Shown: positions 22,324-35,715 of the stretch, piece after piece
Layout: the number at the start of each line of letters is the position of its first letter
Position numbering within the stretch: position 1 is the first letter of the stretch
Assembly (NCBI RefSeq): GCF_018977255.1
Contig: NW_024704742.1
Coordinates: 40,860,001 to 40,924,000, forward strand
Reading direction: 5' to 3'
Origin: Callorhinchus milii
Taxonomy: Eukaryota
DNA length: 64,000 nucleotides
Notes under the pieces: model-generated
The model's input: the letters and a program-made list of their open reading frames with translations, nothing else
Database searches by the model: none
What the model was told of the DNA's origin: nothing
Made by a program: the position numbers and the translations under genes

Positions 22324-24829
22324 CTCATTGCTAAGCAAAGATGGCCCAGGATGAACTGGCTGCAAGGATTCATGGATGGCAAAGCCACACAGATCTACAA
22401 TAATCCAAGACACTATTGATGGTTGCCCAATATTTCTAAGTCATTAATGAGATTTGAAGAAGCAGGCCTGCCCTCAACTGTTTGAGCCAAAACCTTTTAC
22501 CAGGTAAAGCGGTCAAAACTGAACATGTATTCTGTAAAGTTACTTTTATTATAAATAGACCTAAATATTCTTCAAAGCAAAATTTTATGAATATGGATCA
22601 TTAATTGTGCATAATAAGGCAGAAGATAATGGAAAAGCTGGAAGGTCTCTTAAGGTCTCTGAACAGCACGATAGCTGAAAAAATGCCACTATCAAAAAAT
22701 TATTACCATGCAAATTAATGAAGGAAATCTAACACGACGAAGAGTTGTTCTTATACAAACATATTCATTTCTATTGTTTCATGCAATTTTACTATCTCAG
22801 AGAATGGCTTAATTTCCCTTATGTTTACAAAATAATTTCTGAATCCACATAGTTCTTTGAAACCTTTGATATTTAATTTTTTTTAAACATAGGAGGGGTA
22901 TGCCAATCTAACCTGCTTTTCTATTTTTTGTAAACCACTCTTTATCTTTGAAATCTCATTTCCCTGACTTCTTTCCATATCCCTTAATACACTCACATTT
23001 GAAGCAGGCATTCATCTTACTTTCAAACACGTGAATGTGATTCCGCATTGGACAATGTATTCCACATTCTCATAATTAATATAAATTGGTATCCATCTCT
23101 ACAAATGTTCTGTGCTATAATTTCAAAGTAACAGTTCAATCCTAATTATGAACAATATCCTGTCAAATTTCATTATGCACATTTCAGTTTGGGTATTCAT
23201 AACAGAAGGGCAACATATTTTATCTAATTATTAGTGAATCGCCCCTCCCCCATTTCTTACATTATACAGTACTTGAGAATTAAAATAAAAAGTTCATCAT
23301 ATATTATCCTTCAATTCTAAAGAGCAGTCATTAATATTACATAATCGTATGAACTAATTTCTCTCTTCTACAAGGTATCCATCACCCAAATCAGACAACG
23401 TTGGCCTTTACCATTGTACAGAAAATTAAAGCTCATTATTGAAAATCATTTTTTCAGAATTTTGATGGAAACTTTTGGTTTCCTATGTAGCTTTAGCCCT
23501 CATCTTCCACTTGACATAATGTTTACAACTAAATGCGATTGCGTGATCTGCTTCAAAGCTCCCTCCCCTGTGCCCTTAAGGCTACCAGCAACAACCCAGA
23601 TGTGACTTTCCACTCGGATTCCCCCCCACTCCATTTTGAGACACTCCAGCTTCTGTTTTGTCTCTTCTTATTTATTGTAGTTCAGATGGGAATTGAATGG
23701 ATCAGGATTTAAACCTACATTAGTTCCATTACTGTTGAATTTTCCAGATAGTGTGAGTTGGACATTGAGGAAGCTCAGTAATACCATGTCACTCCTATTT
23801 TCAACTCTCTATGTCTAAAGCTGAGGAGAAAGTCATTTTAGAACACCGGTCTGAGGAAAGCAATCCTTAATTTATGTGCAGATGGATTTGTAAGTCACTT
23901 GTTATTATCTTGTTACGATTTGCTAAAGCATTGTTTACTATCCTCTCAAAAAAGCACCAGATTCAATTCTGTCCGTGCCGTGTTTAGAATTGCAAAGGAT
24001 GGTAATCTGTAAAACAGGCAGACATTTCATCCTCACACATTTGCTATCAGCCGCTCAACTAGAAGACAAGGGAAATTTGCTTTATGCAGAGTCATTTCCT
24101 TTCACGTGAAGTTGGAGCCTCTCAGAATGAATTTTAAATTGACAGCACACAAGGGTAATCCATGCACTCCATTTTCTGCGAAGCTCAACACTCCATTCTC
24201 TAATTAGAAGCAAATTGGTTTTTACAATGTGACCCCTCTCTGGAGAGGGCCAAACCCACGTTTCTAAATTGGAAGTAGCATTGAGTTTCCAGGTAATCAT
24301 TCTTTCTCCGTCAACTTCGATAGCTTTTTAACTCATTCATATTTTTTCTGAAGTCTGTGGTACATTCAGAACTTGTTGCATTTCATTCCTCTTAATTGTA
24401 TTGTAATTAGTTTAGCAAAATGTCTGCCTCAAAGACGAGCTTGTTAACATTCATTCAATCTGTTGCAGCTGCACTGCCTTGTGCCCAAGGAGTGGTAGCA
24501 TATGGTACATGGGTTATTATCCACAGTTGAGATCCCAATCCCAGCAATGCCTTGGGGAGAAATAAAGGTTAGAAACCTACCCCTCAAGGAAGGAAAAAGT
24601 CAGAGGAAGAATTATCCAGAGCAGCTCTCGTGCACCAAGCAAGGCATACGACCAAGGAAGACATCAGAAAGATTACACATAATAATAATCATAGGATAAA
24701 GTCTGTACATTTGTTTTTCAGCCCAGATTAGACCAATAAATGCCTAGAACAGGAGCTGCATTCTAAATAATAAGTTTGGATATCTATAGGTTGTTCTCCA
24801 ATCATTAATACATTTACCATTCCTGGCAG

Positions 24830-26050
24830 GTAAAAGTTTCATGAATGAAGATTGTGTGACAAATTGCAGCCCTAATCACACTGGCTCCAGAACTTATATG
24901 CCTGGTGGTCAGTAAAATATGCGTCATGAATAAATGAAAATAAATGTGCGTATGTGCCTGTGACAATGGAATCCTCAAGGAAATGAATGAGAAATACAAA
25001 AGGTAGTGGATAGTATATTTAAGAGATCTAAAAATGTTAGAGCTGCATCTAAAGATTTAGGAAATTTGGTAGTCAAGAAAAGAGAGAATCAGAAAATGAC
25101 AGAGCATTGGGTCAACATTATTATTAGAGTCTATACTCCCTTAGCATTATATATGACAGACCAGCATCCACATAAAGAGCACATAAACATGTAAAAGTAT
25201 ATCAGATGGTTTGGGAAGGAACAGAATGATCATTAATCTCGAAATTCTTTGAGGGCAACAAAATTAGTGGATTAGTGGATGAGGGCTAAGTCATTTGACA
25301 GTGCATCTGGATTTCAGAAGGTATTTAAATATCTAAAGGCAAATTAAATTATTAAGATGACTACCTAGAGTGAAGATTAAATTGGAGATAGAAGTGGGAG
25401 CAGTGATTAGGGGAGTCTGTCTGTAGCGTCTGTTTGCATTCCTGTTGTTTACACTATTTAAACGCTTTATAGAGGAGTGGTGCATTTGTAACAACACTAA
25501 ATCTACTGATACCAAACTATGTAGCTAGGCAACCAGCAGAGGAGAGATCTGTAGTATTCAAAGGGATTTGGACAAAATAAGCAGACTGGCTAAGTCATGA
25601 CAGATGTTTTTTTGTGGATAAATTTATGGGAACTGGTTGAGAGAACATGGAATGTGTTTTCATAATAGAGGGTGCCCATTCGCATAGGTGGAATAGGAAA
25701 TATTTAGATGCTGTTATTGAGGTTACACCATACAAACTAATACAAATATTTCTATTGAAATTGGTTATTTGAAATACATTACTCTAACCTTGTTGAATTG
25801 GGTTACTTTAATTTTGGGACTCTGACCTTCAGAAGGCCATTGATGCATAGAGGGGGCACTGAAATATGTTACCAGAGGATTCTAAAATGCAAAGCCTAAG
25901 AGAAACTCCTAGATTTCAACTTGTTTGCAATTCAGAAAATATGATTAAGATGGTGCATAATCTGAGTCTTAGAAACGCTGAAGGGCATGGATAATATAAA
26001 TGTATGCACATAAATTGTAATTGCAGAATATGAAGAGATAAATGCAAAGC
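24830..26050 (+). mobile_element. Heavily degraded CR1 ORF2 remnant
   Basis: Traces of LEIL/FFE (ctcgaaattctttgag), LDFxK (ctggatttcagaag), DTKL (actgataccaaacta) and the QRDLD region. Confidence 0.6.
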
Positions 26051-27182
26051 TGGCACCAATCCAACAAGATTAAATTCTCTCTCTCTCTTCTCCCTCACCC
26101 CCCATACATACCCAGTAGAATGTGAAATGGGCTTGAGTGAAAAGCAGTTAATAAGGATTTGATTTAACCCTTTAAAAGGTAGCCATGTTAAGAAAGTGCA
26201 AGCAGCTACAACAAGAACTTGATTCATATAGTGCCCTTCACACAGGGCAGCGTCTCGACATGCTTAGCTGTGGCGGAACCTGATGCCGAGCCAGGAAGAG
26301 GGAGGAGGTGACGGTAAGCATGGTCGAAGAGGAAGGTCTTCAGTTATGATCTAAAAGAGGGGAAAGAGAGGGAAAGGCGGAGGGATTGGGGGCAGAGTTC
26401 CAAAGTTACAATAGAAATCTGATGAAATAGTCAGTGGAAAGGGCATGATCCAGTCAGGATATGCGGCTACCACTTTGACATCTAATTGTACAGTAACGAA
26501 TGTTGTAGATTTCCAATGTTAGATCTTTTGGCGGAGTGGTGCTTGTCAGGGAGAAATTTTAATCTTATTTTTATCTTACAATCATTCATCTTGTCAGAAG
26601 ACAAAGATTAAATCAGCCATGATGTAATGAAATGGTGGAGATGACTCATCTTCTTATGTTCGTAAAAATAGAGACTGCATGAGACAGTTCAAATCACAGT
26701 ATAACAAGATCTGTTGAAAGGAATGGGACTAATTAGCCAACGAGATCTGGTCAGGAGCAACAGGTCTGAGAAATAGAGTAGTCAGAAAAAGAGAGAACAT
26801 GTCATGAAATAGACTGTACTTTCATTCTGCTGGCACATGATCAAAGCCTTATAATTATTGATGAAAAACCTCTCGCCTCTCCACAATATATTGTTTTGTA
26901 CATGATAGAACTGATGGTCATCCAAGGCAGAAATATCAAATGCATAGCTGTGCGCCTGATGAAACAGAATCATAGAAATTACAGGATGGGAGGAGGCCAG
27001 TCACCTCATCAAGTCTCTGTTAAATCCATTCTTAAACCTTGTTCCAAGTGAAAACACTCCTAAGGGGCTACTTTCATAACTAAAACCCCATCGTCCCAGT
27101 TATTCATGTGAACTTGTTACTTTGTCCCAGGCTCAACATATTTATCTATGTTAAAAATCATTAGCCACGTATCAAACAACAT

Positions 27183-27838
27183 TCCCAACCTGTCTGGAAC
27201 GAGTCGTCGCGTCCCTGCTCCGCTCCTTTCTCTCTCGCCATTTCATCTTTGAACCCCTCCAATCCAGTTTCCACGCTGCCCACAGCACAGAACAGCCCTG
27301 GACAAAGTCACGAATGACATTCTGAACATCTGTGATCATGGCTCCCTCTGCCTCCTTGTCCTCCTCGACCTCTCTGCCGCCTTTGACACTATCGACCACT
27401 CCATCCTCATACATTGCCTCTCCTCTTTACTCAATCTTCACGGACCTGCCCTTGCCTGGTTCGATTCCTATCTCTCTCACCGTCTCCACTTTGCCTCTAA
27501 CGGTTTCTCCTCCAGCCCCCGCACTGTCATGTCTGGCGTCCCCCAGGGCTCTGTCCTTGGCCCTCTCCTCGGCAATATCTACACAGGTTCAATTCCAGGC
27601 AGAGGGCGAAACCTTGGGCAAGTTTCCTTACTCCACACAGAGCCTAATAATAATCCCTCCAAAACAAAACAATAATAAATTGGTCATTTTCAATCCACGA
27701 CTGTTTGTGGGACACTGCTGTGCGCAATTGGCTGCTGCGTTTCGCCCACAAATATACAGTCAATTTACTTTACAGCATATCCTGTGAAGCACTTTGGGAC
27801 GTCCTCCTGATGTGAAAAGCGCTATATCAAATGCAATG

Positions 27839-27870
<32 letters not shown>

Positions 27871-28740
27871 CTACATGCTCCCTCTTGGTGACATCATCCG
27901 CAGACATGGGGTCAACTTCCATACGTATGCGGATGACGCCCAACTCTATCTTTCTGCCTCCACCCTCAACTCCAGGACCACTGCTGTCCTGACAGACTGC
28001 CTGTCAGACATCAAGTCCTGGATGAGTGCAAATTTCCTACAGTTGAATGTGAACAAGACTGAGGCCCTCCTGATTGACTCGCGCCAGTGCCTCAGCACCT
28101 CAGGCTCTGGCAGCATCAACTTCTACGGTTGCACACTTCAACTCACCAAGTCAGTCAGGAACCTGGGTGTCTTTTTCGGCCCTCAACTGTCTTTTCTCCC
28201 CCACATTCAAGCCATGACCCGCTTAGCCTTCCCTCACCTCCGTAATATCGCCCGACTCCGCCACTACCTCACCCCTCAGGCCGCTGAAACTCTTGTTCAC
28301 GCCTTCATCACCTCCAGGCTCGACTATGCAAACGTCCTGCTTGTCAGCCTTCCCAACTCCTCCCTTCACAGGCTGCAGATAATCCAGAACTCTGCAGCCC
28401 GTGTCCTCTCCCGCACCAAACTCCGTGACCCCATCTCCCCCATTCTTGCCCGACTGCATTGGCTCCCTATCCTTCAGAGGATCCAGTTCAAGATCCTGGT
28501 CCTCACCTACAAAGCCCTCCACGGTCTCGCCCCACTCTACCTCTGCGACCTCCTAACCCCCTACCAACCCACCCGTTCCCTCTGCTCAGCCGGCTCCAGC
28601 CTGCTCCACGTCCCCCGACCCACCCGCCCCACCATTAGCGGGAGAGCCTTCAGCCCCAAACCACTCTGCCCCAAACCTCTGGAATTCCATCCCCCAGTCA
28701 CTCCACCTCGGCCCCTCCTTAGCCTCCTTCAAGTCCCGCT
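27183..28740 (+). mobile_element. L2 LINE RT region, interrupted by a SINE
   Basis: [75 protein letters not shown] (ORF 27794..28765). Confidence 0.95.
27584..27867 (+). mobile_element. 5'-truncated SINE nested in L2, 8-bp TSD tatctaca
   Basis: tatctaca at 27576-27583 and 27868-27875; starts at the B box. Confidence 0.92.
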
Positions 28741-28819
28741 ATCCGAGCTGCATGCTGAGTGTTGAAACTCTGCTGATCAAGAGACTGCCTTAAGGGAAGA
28801 CTTGCATGAACTTGCTACC

Positions 28820-28947
28820 TGAAGTATAGAAACAGGAGTAGTTCATTCAGCCCCTTGAGCCTGTTCCACATTCTATAAGATCATGGCTGACCTGTACCTG
28901 AAGTCCAGTTACCTGCCCTTGCCCCATATCCCTTAATACCCTGACCT

Positions 28948-28985
<38 letters not shown>

Positions 28986-28998
28986 TCCATCTTGAAAA
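28820..28998 (-). mobile_element. CR1 3' end fragment containing a (TA)n microsatellite at ~28953-28980
   Basis: aggagtag..cattcagccccttgagcctgttcc...aagatcatggctga..gccccatatcccttaatacc is typical of shark CR1 3' ends. Confidence 0.7.
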
Positions 28999-29433
28999 TG
29001 TGAATGGAAAGCAAACAACCTTGACTTGTTGTAAAAGTGAATAAGGGAATCTTGCAGAAAGGTATGAGTATAACAGGATCCTTCTAGAGTTTGCTTATTG
29101 ATAAAGTGTGTTTAAACCTAAAGTGTAATATTCAAGCCTTGCTAACTTGACTATTGTATGATGATAACCATGAATGAATGCTTAATTGATTGGTCTGAGA
29201 ATGCCACATTTATCGCTGAGAACTCCTGAAGTACAGATCTTACTGGCTGAGAGGTATTTACCGTCTTCCTGAGGTGACAACGTAACCTCAAAGTAGAGAT
29301 AAAGTGCTCCAGGAAGGCACCACTACACCCCTAATCATTGTCAAGACCTGGAACGTGAAGTCAGGAATTGCCAATAAAAATCTACCCAACATGTTTTCAT
29401 TTACAGGACCCAAGTGAATTGATCCTAACTACA
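28999..29433 (+). mobile_element. Candidate solo LTR (~435 bp)
   Basis: Starts TG, ends ACA, AATAAA at 29373-29378 ~55 nt from the end; abuts the CR1 fragment. No clean TSD. Confidence 0.25.
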
Positions 29434-29839
29434 ATTTATTCTTTTAGCATTTTTCACTGGAAATCATAAAAAAATAGCTAATCAAATTGTGCTTACCCCC
29501 TGAAAAATTCACAAAAGAAATCCTCTTTGTCTGTTGTCGTTGCTGTTTTCTTTTTCTCTCTAGCCTCTTCCTATTATACCAATTACAAACCATGTGATAA
29601 GTAAAACTATGCTGTTTTTCTGTTATGTATTGTTCATTTTGCTGGCACTGGCTTCTTTTAAGTTTTATTAATATTTGAATTTTATAAGAGGTATTGTGGA
29701 AAGTCACCTTATGGTCACCAAATTAACATAGTCAGTTTGTTTCAACAAACTCACTAGGGAGGCCAAATAGCTTAATCTGGTCAAAAATCCTCAGTCACTT
29801 TCCTCATTATTATTGAGACCCCACTGTCATTTATAGAAC

Positions 29840-30015
29840 AAGAAGAAGAAGATTGCATTAATAGAGCGCCTTTCACATCGGGAGAACGTCCCAAGGCGCT
29901 GGACAGTTGGGTTGGGACCCGAGCAGTGGGGAAATGGTCAGGGTGAGGGGAGGGAAGGGAGGGAGCGAGGAGGGGGTAGAGAGGAGAGGTGAAGGCACGG
30001 TTGAAGAGAATGACC
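29840..30015 (-). mobile_element. L2 3' end (CTCCC-loop family, (ctt)n tail)
   Basis: Minus strand: gtccagcgccttgggacgttctcccgatgtgaaaggcgctctattaatgcaatcttcttc. Confidence 0.8.
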
Positions 30016-30050
30016 TCATTGGTAGCACTCTCACATCTGTCTAAAAAGTT

Positions 30051-30423
30051 TAATAATATTAATCCTTGCAATTCATATAGCACCTTATCACGTTGTTCAG
30101 ATGTCTCAAAGCACTTCACAGAATATTACTGTAAAGTGGATTTTGTGGGCAAAATGTGGCAGCCAATTGCATAAAGAGGTGTCCTACAAACAGTTGTGGA
30201 TTGAGTGTCCAAATTATTATTAATTGATTTTTTGAAGGGATTACTATCCCACCCCAGAAAACGATCTGCTAATTGACTTACAAGTGGATTCCTACTTAAT
30301 TCTCGGTAAACAGAAGTGTGTGGAGTAAAGGAACTTGCCTAAGTCGTTGATCCACTGGGGAATCGAACCCAGGTCCTCTCGTTTGCGAGGCGAGCGCTCT
30401 AACCACTATGCTATGGGACTCCA
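30051..30423 (-). mobile_element. Full-length SINE, long subfamily (extra central segment)
   Basis: tRNA head tggagtcccatagcatagtgg with CGC anticodon loop; extra ...tgtttaccgag..aagtaggaatcc... block. Confidence 0.88.
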
Positions 30424-32455
30424 AGGTAATAGGTCGAGATTATAGTTTGGGATGAAAAAATGGTCATTTACTTCATGGCTATTTGTGAGAGATTGCTGTG
30501 TACTAATAGGCTGCTGCACTCGCCCATACAGTTAGTATTACATAAAACTGTGATGAGTTTGCAATGTTTGAACGTGATAAGGTGCTATATTAAATGCAAG
30601 GATTATCATCATGATAGCAAGTGCTTAATATAGAAAAGAAATGGGTCACAAAAATTGTTTTGTTATTAAACTAATGCCCTGTTAAATAAATTGTGAGGTT
30701 TATGCCCACTGAAAGGTGCTTTTATTGTAATTGAACATTTCATCTACATGAGGTGCAATTTATCAAAGTACATATATTTTATACTCTTCTGGGAGATTTC
30801 CAAAAAACCTAGTTTCGCTTTGCAAACAAATGCTTTCTCAATTTTATATACATAAAACATGAATAAGTGGGTTATATGCTTCCACAAACTTGAGGGATTT
30901 TTGTATTATAAACCTATCCCCTAAGAGTCTTATCCCCTAAGTAGCTATGTTCTGGTTTTAATAGGACATTGCTTTCTCATCATAATGGCGTACCTGGGAC
31001 TTGTGGATGTTGTTGAGTTTTCATTTTTAATCTCTTCCTTGGCAAGAGTCTGATGAAGTTGCATTTTACAGCGTTGATAAAAGGGCTCCATTTAACATTT
31101 CAGCTTACAGTCATGCGATCCTACTATTAGAAAATAGCATCTTTTATAAGGAAATATGAGAATGTGTATGTATCGAGGTTACCAAAACAGTGGTACGCTA
31201 GTTTATGACTCATGTTATACACAATGAAAGAAACAAAACACTATTTCTAAAAAACATTTCTAGCCTGGAAGATAAATCCAACAATCACTCAACGTCTTCA
31301 AAATCTGGAAGTAAACTTACACCAGACACAATTCTCCTTTAATTAAACAGGTGAATACCAGCATAATTAAACATGTGCAAATAAAATAGCCTTTAAAGTT
31401 TCATCAAACCTTGATGAAATGAATGCTGAGTCATTAATTTTAATACTATTTTGATTTAAAAACTGGAAAACCAAAGGGGAGGGGAAAAAGTAGGGCTCGG
31501 CATTTTTCAAAGAGATCTAGGTTAATGGCACCTTTTGCAATGAAGATAAACATACATATATATACACACAGCATCAAAGCATTGCTATTATATTTCTTGA
31601 CTATGTAATTTGCGTACCCAAGTACTAAAACACGTTTTATGTTACTTGCACCTTGACAAACAGAACAAATGGGTTGAAATATACTTCTTTGCTGCCAAAC
31701 GTATTTTTTAAGTTTTTGAAATAACTTACTTGCTGAAAGTTTAAAAAAGTTTAAAGAAAATGAAATCAAGAATGGTTAGATGATCAGCTTTGTTAGTTTT
31801 AAAATCGAATAGCCATTTTCTCCCCCGTTCCAATATTAATCCGAGGGAGGCAGTTCTATACTTTAGAATTGTGTTTAGCTATGGAGACTAAGTGGCAAAT
31901 CAATTTCTACACGAGGATACTGGAAGAATATATAGTATATTTTAAGGCATTTGATTATGTTCATTTGTGAAGCGGGTGCAAGTCACAGAACAGAAATTTA
32001 TAAAATGGCATCTTGTCGTCATACAATCCTAATCAACCTGGACAGAGTCAGTAAGCATGATTTTAGTAGCATTGATAACAAAATCAATAGATTGCAATGA
32101 GAGAGACTGAAAGCAATCACTGGACAAGTCTTCTTGTTTGTTATTTTGTCCAGAAATGTGAGAGTGGCATTACAAGAGGAGTACACCTTAGGGAGAATAG
32201 AGGTGTAAAACAGAGTTGTCTAGAAGATGCACTGCCACAAAAATGATTTGAGCTGAACACCGCCATGATATAACTGCAGTTATAAAAACTGTGTCAGACT
32301 TTGTCAATGACTTTGGGATGTCCAATGTGATACTAAATGAATCAAAGTATTCAAGAATAAAATGCCAAAGTCCAGTGTGGAGTTTGACAGATTAGTTAGA
32401 GTAGAACTAGATTTTGGTGGTAGTGGAATCATTTTAAAAATTCCATATACTACTG

Positions 32456-32799
32456 TACTTGCTTCACAAGTGAGAGGACCTGGGTTCGATTCTCGGACAG
32501 GGCGAAATGTTAGGCAAATTTACTTACTCCAACACACCTGTTTACCGAGCAGTAAATAGGAACCCGGTTATTAATAGTTTGGCGGATCACTTTTCTGCGG
32601 TTAATAATCCCTTCAAAAGTAAAAGTAACTAAAAAGAAATTGGTCACTCAATCCAATACCGTTTGTGGGACACTGTTGCCGGGTTTCGCCCACAAAATAT
32701 AAAATATATAGTCAATTCACTTTACAGTATATTCTGTGAAGCGCTTTAAGACATCTGAAGATGTGATAAGGCGCTATATCAAATTCAAGGATTATTATT
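32456..32799 (+). mobile_element. SINE, long subfamily
   Basis: B box ggttcgattc, central gtttaccgagcagtaaataggaacccgg, L2-type tail. Confidence 0.88.
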
Positions 32800-32999
32800 T
32801 CTGGCGGTATGAACCCAGTATCACAAGTTGTGTTGCCAGGGCAAAAAACAATTAAAACAGGTTACAGCCAAATTCAGTTTTGCCTGCATCCTGCATAAAA
32901 CTTAAAAGTATGCTCCATCCAACAGCTGTAAATGAGCAGAAAGCATAATACAGTCTGACAAGGATTATTTTTTCTTTTGTAGTTGGCCACAATTTCTGT

Positions 33000-34367
33000 A
33001 GTATAAAGAAAGAAACCAGATTTATTAAAAACGTAATTTATTCAGTATTCCTTTGTACAAGAATGCATTAATTTATNAAAAAAAGGTACAGAACATGTGA
33101 CATTTGGTACGGTTGTAAATTTTAGTCACAAGCCTCTTTGCAACATAGAAGTGGAACGGAAGGAGAAATTCTGCCGATTTGATCTTTTAAAAAAATTAAT
33201 CCATTCAATTTTAATATGAACTTCTAGTTCACTAAACATTGGCAACTTTATTCAGATTGACCTGGTGTTGCTGCTTCAGAGTTGGACAACTTAATTCAGA
33301 CAGTAAGTATGAAGTATTGCATTTGTTGTAAAATAAGCTTTGCTTTGAGCAGTTATATGAAGATGGCTGGTGTTCTTAATGAAAGTCAAATAAAAAAAAT
33401 TGCCTTTAGTATAATATAAATGACCATTGTATAAAAAACATAAATTGCAACAAGTTGATGTGACGTCTCTTAAAAGGAAGCTATTCTGTACACAAATGAG
33501 ATCAGTTATCTGTGCATTTATTCACATTCTTTCCTATGTACTTTACCTTACCGCGAAAGAAGATTGGTTCTTATTATCTCATTCAATTCAGAATTTGAAT
33601 CATAACTTCCTTCAAAACTATGTTGCTCTTGAATGGCTTACACATTGCTTTACTCACACAGTTCTGCAATATAAAAATGTTCTCCAAATATTCCATTTTA
33701 TTGTAGCACCATTCTTACAGATGATAGATGCACTATGATGCTAGCTCCTTTAAGAGGATCCATTTTAATTGATATTTTCAGAAACAATCTCCCGTACCTA
33801 CATATTGTAATTGAAGCTCGTTCACTAAAACGTACTTTCCCAAGAACAGTGTAAGATTGGAAAATAATTTACTTTTTAATGTCACTGCTGCCGGCACATC
33901 TTTATGCAATGAGAGGCCTTAAAGTAACAGTGAAAGTTTTATTGAAAACGTTTAAAAAAGCCAGCTGTCTGACTATATGATTGCATCACTCAATGGCATA
34001 ATTGCATGACAAGTGTCAAGAAATATTGCACAAAGAATTCACACAGCTGCAGAGGAAGCAGTCTTGAAAGCATTTATCTGCCAAATATCCACAGAAACCA
34101 ATCATATTTCTTCCACTGCCACAGAAATGGATACATAAACCGAAAGAGCATATCCAAATTGAATATTTTCAGCTAATGATGGAAAGGCAGGTAAAATATA
34201 TTTTGGTTTTTAGTTATTAATAAATTATAAAGGTTTCAATAAATATTCCTGATTGGTGCCTCCTTTGGCAGCTTTCACCCTTATTGTTGAGCTTGGCATT
34301 GTTCGATTTGCCATGCACAGTCTTGCAGCTGAAGCAACTCTCATTTAGGGCTTTGAGTGTTCGAGAA
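33000..34367 (-). other. TAPT1: Probable TAPT1 3' UTR with tandem AATAAA signals near 33021-33042
   Basis: Repeat-free AT-rich stretch after the stop; two minus-strand AATAAA (plus-strand tttatt) followed by T-rich sequence. The cleavage site is inferred. Confidence 0.6.
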
Positions 34368-34597
34368 TCAATCAATTCGGTTTCCACAAATTGTGAACCT
34401 GTCTATTTCTAGCAGATCTTCCTTCGAAGAATGATGCTTCCCATCAGAATTCTCCTGGGGCACTCCTTTATCCTCTGCGTCGGGGGTAGTGAGAAACTGG
34501 TCAGAACTGCTTTGTGGGAGCAGAGGTGAGGCGCGCTCTGACTGGGATACAGGTTGGCTGGTGATTGAGTCTGACTGAGGGTCTTCTACTGAAATAT
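34368..34597 (-). CDS. TAPT1: TAPT1 terminal coding exon, 230 nt: DISVEDPQSDSITSQPVSQSERASPLLPQSSSDQFLTTPDAEDKGVPQENSDGKHHSSKEDLLEIDRFTICGNRID*
   Basis: tcacag| acceptor; diagnostic C-terminus DLLEIDRFTICGNRID; TGA at 34370-34368. Absent from the ORF track because it has no start codon. Confidence 0.97.
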
Positions 34598-35715
34598 CTG
34601 TGAAGAGAAATTCGGCTATTATAGGTTTTGATAGTACACACTAAAACATCAAAAACCTCCAATTAATATCACATACTAATTCATACACGAGAATAAATAC
34701 ATTTTCTGACCGCCTTATACACCTTCCCTTAGAGAAAATTGACCCAAAACATAATATTTGTATCAAACCCATTTGATAACTAAAATAACTGGATGATTAT
34801 AAATCCCTCAACATAAAAGTATTTGCCAGAAAGACATGCTTGTAAGCAATCCCAGAATTCTGGGTTGTCTTAAGTTGACCAAAGAAAATCACAAAGACTC
34901 ATAGAATTGTTTACTTCATAAATGCTGACTATATTACACAACTGGATAAAGGCCAAGTATAAATTGAAGAATAAAGAACAAAGGTTTTCTTCACCATGGA
35001 AGATAAAGTTTGTCCTTGGTTTGCAGCTGGTGTTTCTAACGACCTGTTGAACCGACGGGAGTATGTGACCGAAAAGGTATAAAGAACCAGAGATTTGGGG
35101 GTTAAATTGGAAATGCTGAGTTTTGGGGACAGAGTAGCTAACCACAACCAATCTCAAAGAAAGAGGGATATATTACAATCAACAATAATTGATGCACCAA
35201 GTTAACAAATCGATTCGTCCATCAAAGCCACTGTATTGGTCTGATCAACTCATTGCAGTGAACTGTACTAACCTGTCGTAAGCATTGATAATAATAAATA
35301 TAATAATTAATTTGATTATATGAAATGTATAACCTGGATATGTATAAACTTGCTAATCTTTATTAAAAATATTACTAATTCAAGCAAATTGAGAGTTGTG
35401 TCAGTTCATACTTCACTGCAGGGTCATAAATTTAAAAAACCCTACTATCTCAATTTCAGGTTCTGCATAAAATACTAGATTACAAATATTGAAGACCAAG
35501 AATAAACTAATGGTCCAATTTTTTTTGCAATTGTAATTGATTCTGTTCCAACATTCTTCAATTACAGTAAAATTTTAAAACATTTTAAAGTTGTATTTGA
35601 TGTAAAATAGCTCAAATCCTTAGAGCTCCAGTCAATTTGTTCTATTTAATACCTCAATCAGCGTCTGTGTGATTTGAACTCCTATGTGCAGTACTTTTTA
35701 TTCTCTAGGATTTTC

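Noticed and set aside
23350..24420. Decayed gene or photoreceptor (CRX/OTX TAATC) enhancer
   Set aside because: Translations match nothing I recognise, and short TAATC motifs are expected by chance in AT-rich DNA.
27794..28765. 323-aa ORF as a host or domesticated RT gene (likewise 47527..48477)
   Set aside because: Partial L2 RT; the start comes from a SINE tail or frameshift, and neighbouring parts are disrupted.
34870..35200. Viral env-like reading with a furin-like RKRDIL site on the plus strand
   Set aside because: Several stops, no hydrophobic fusion peptide after the site and no other retroviral motifs; consistent with chance.
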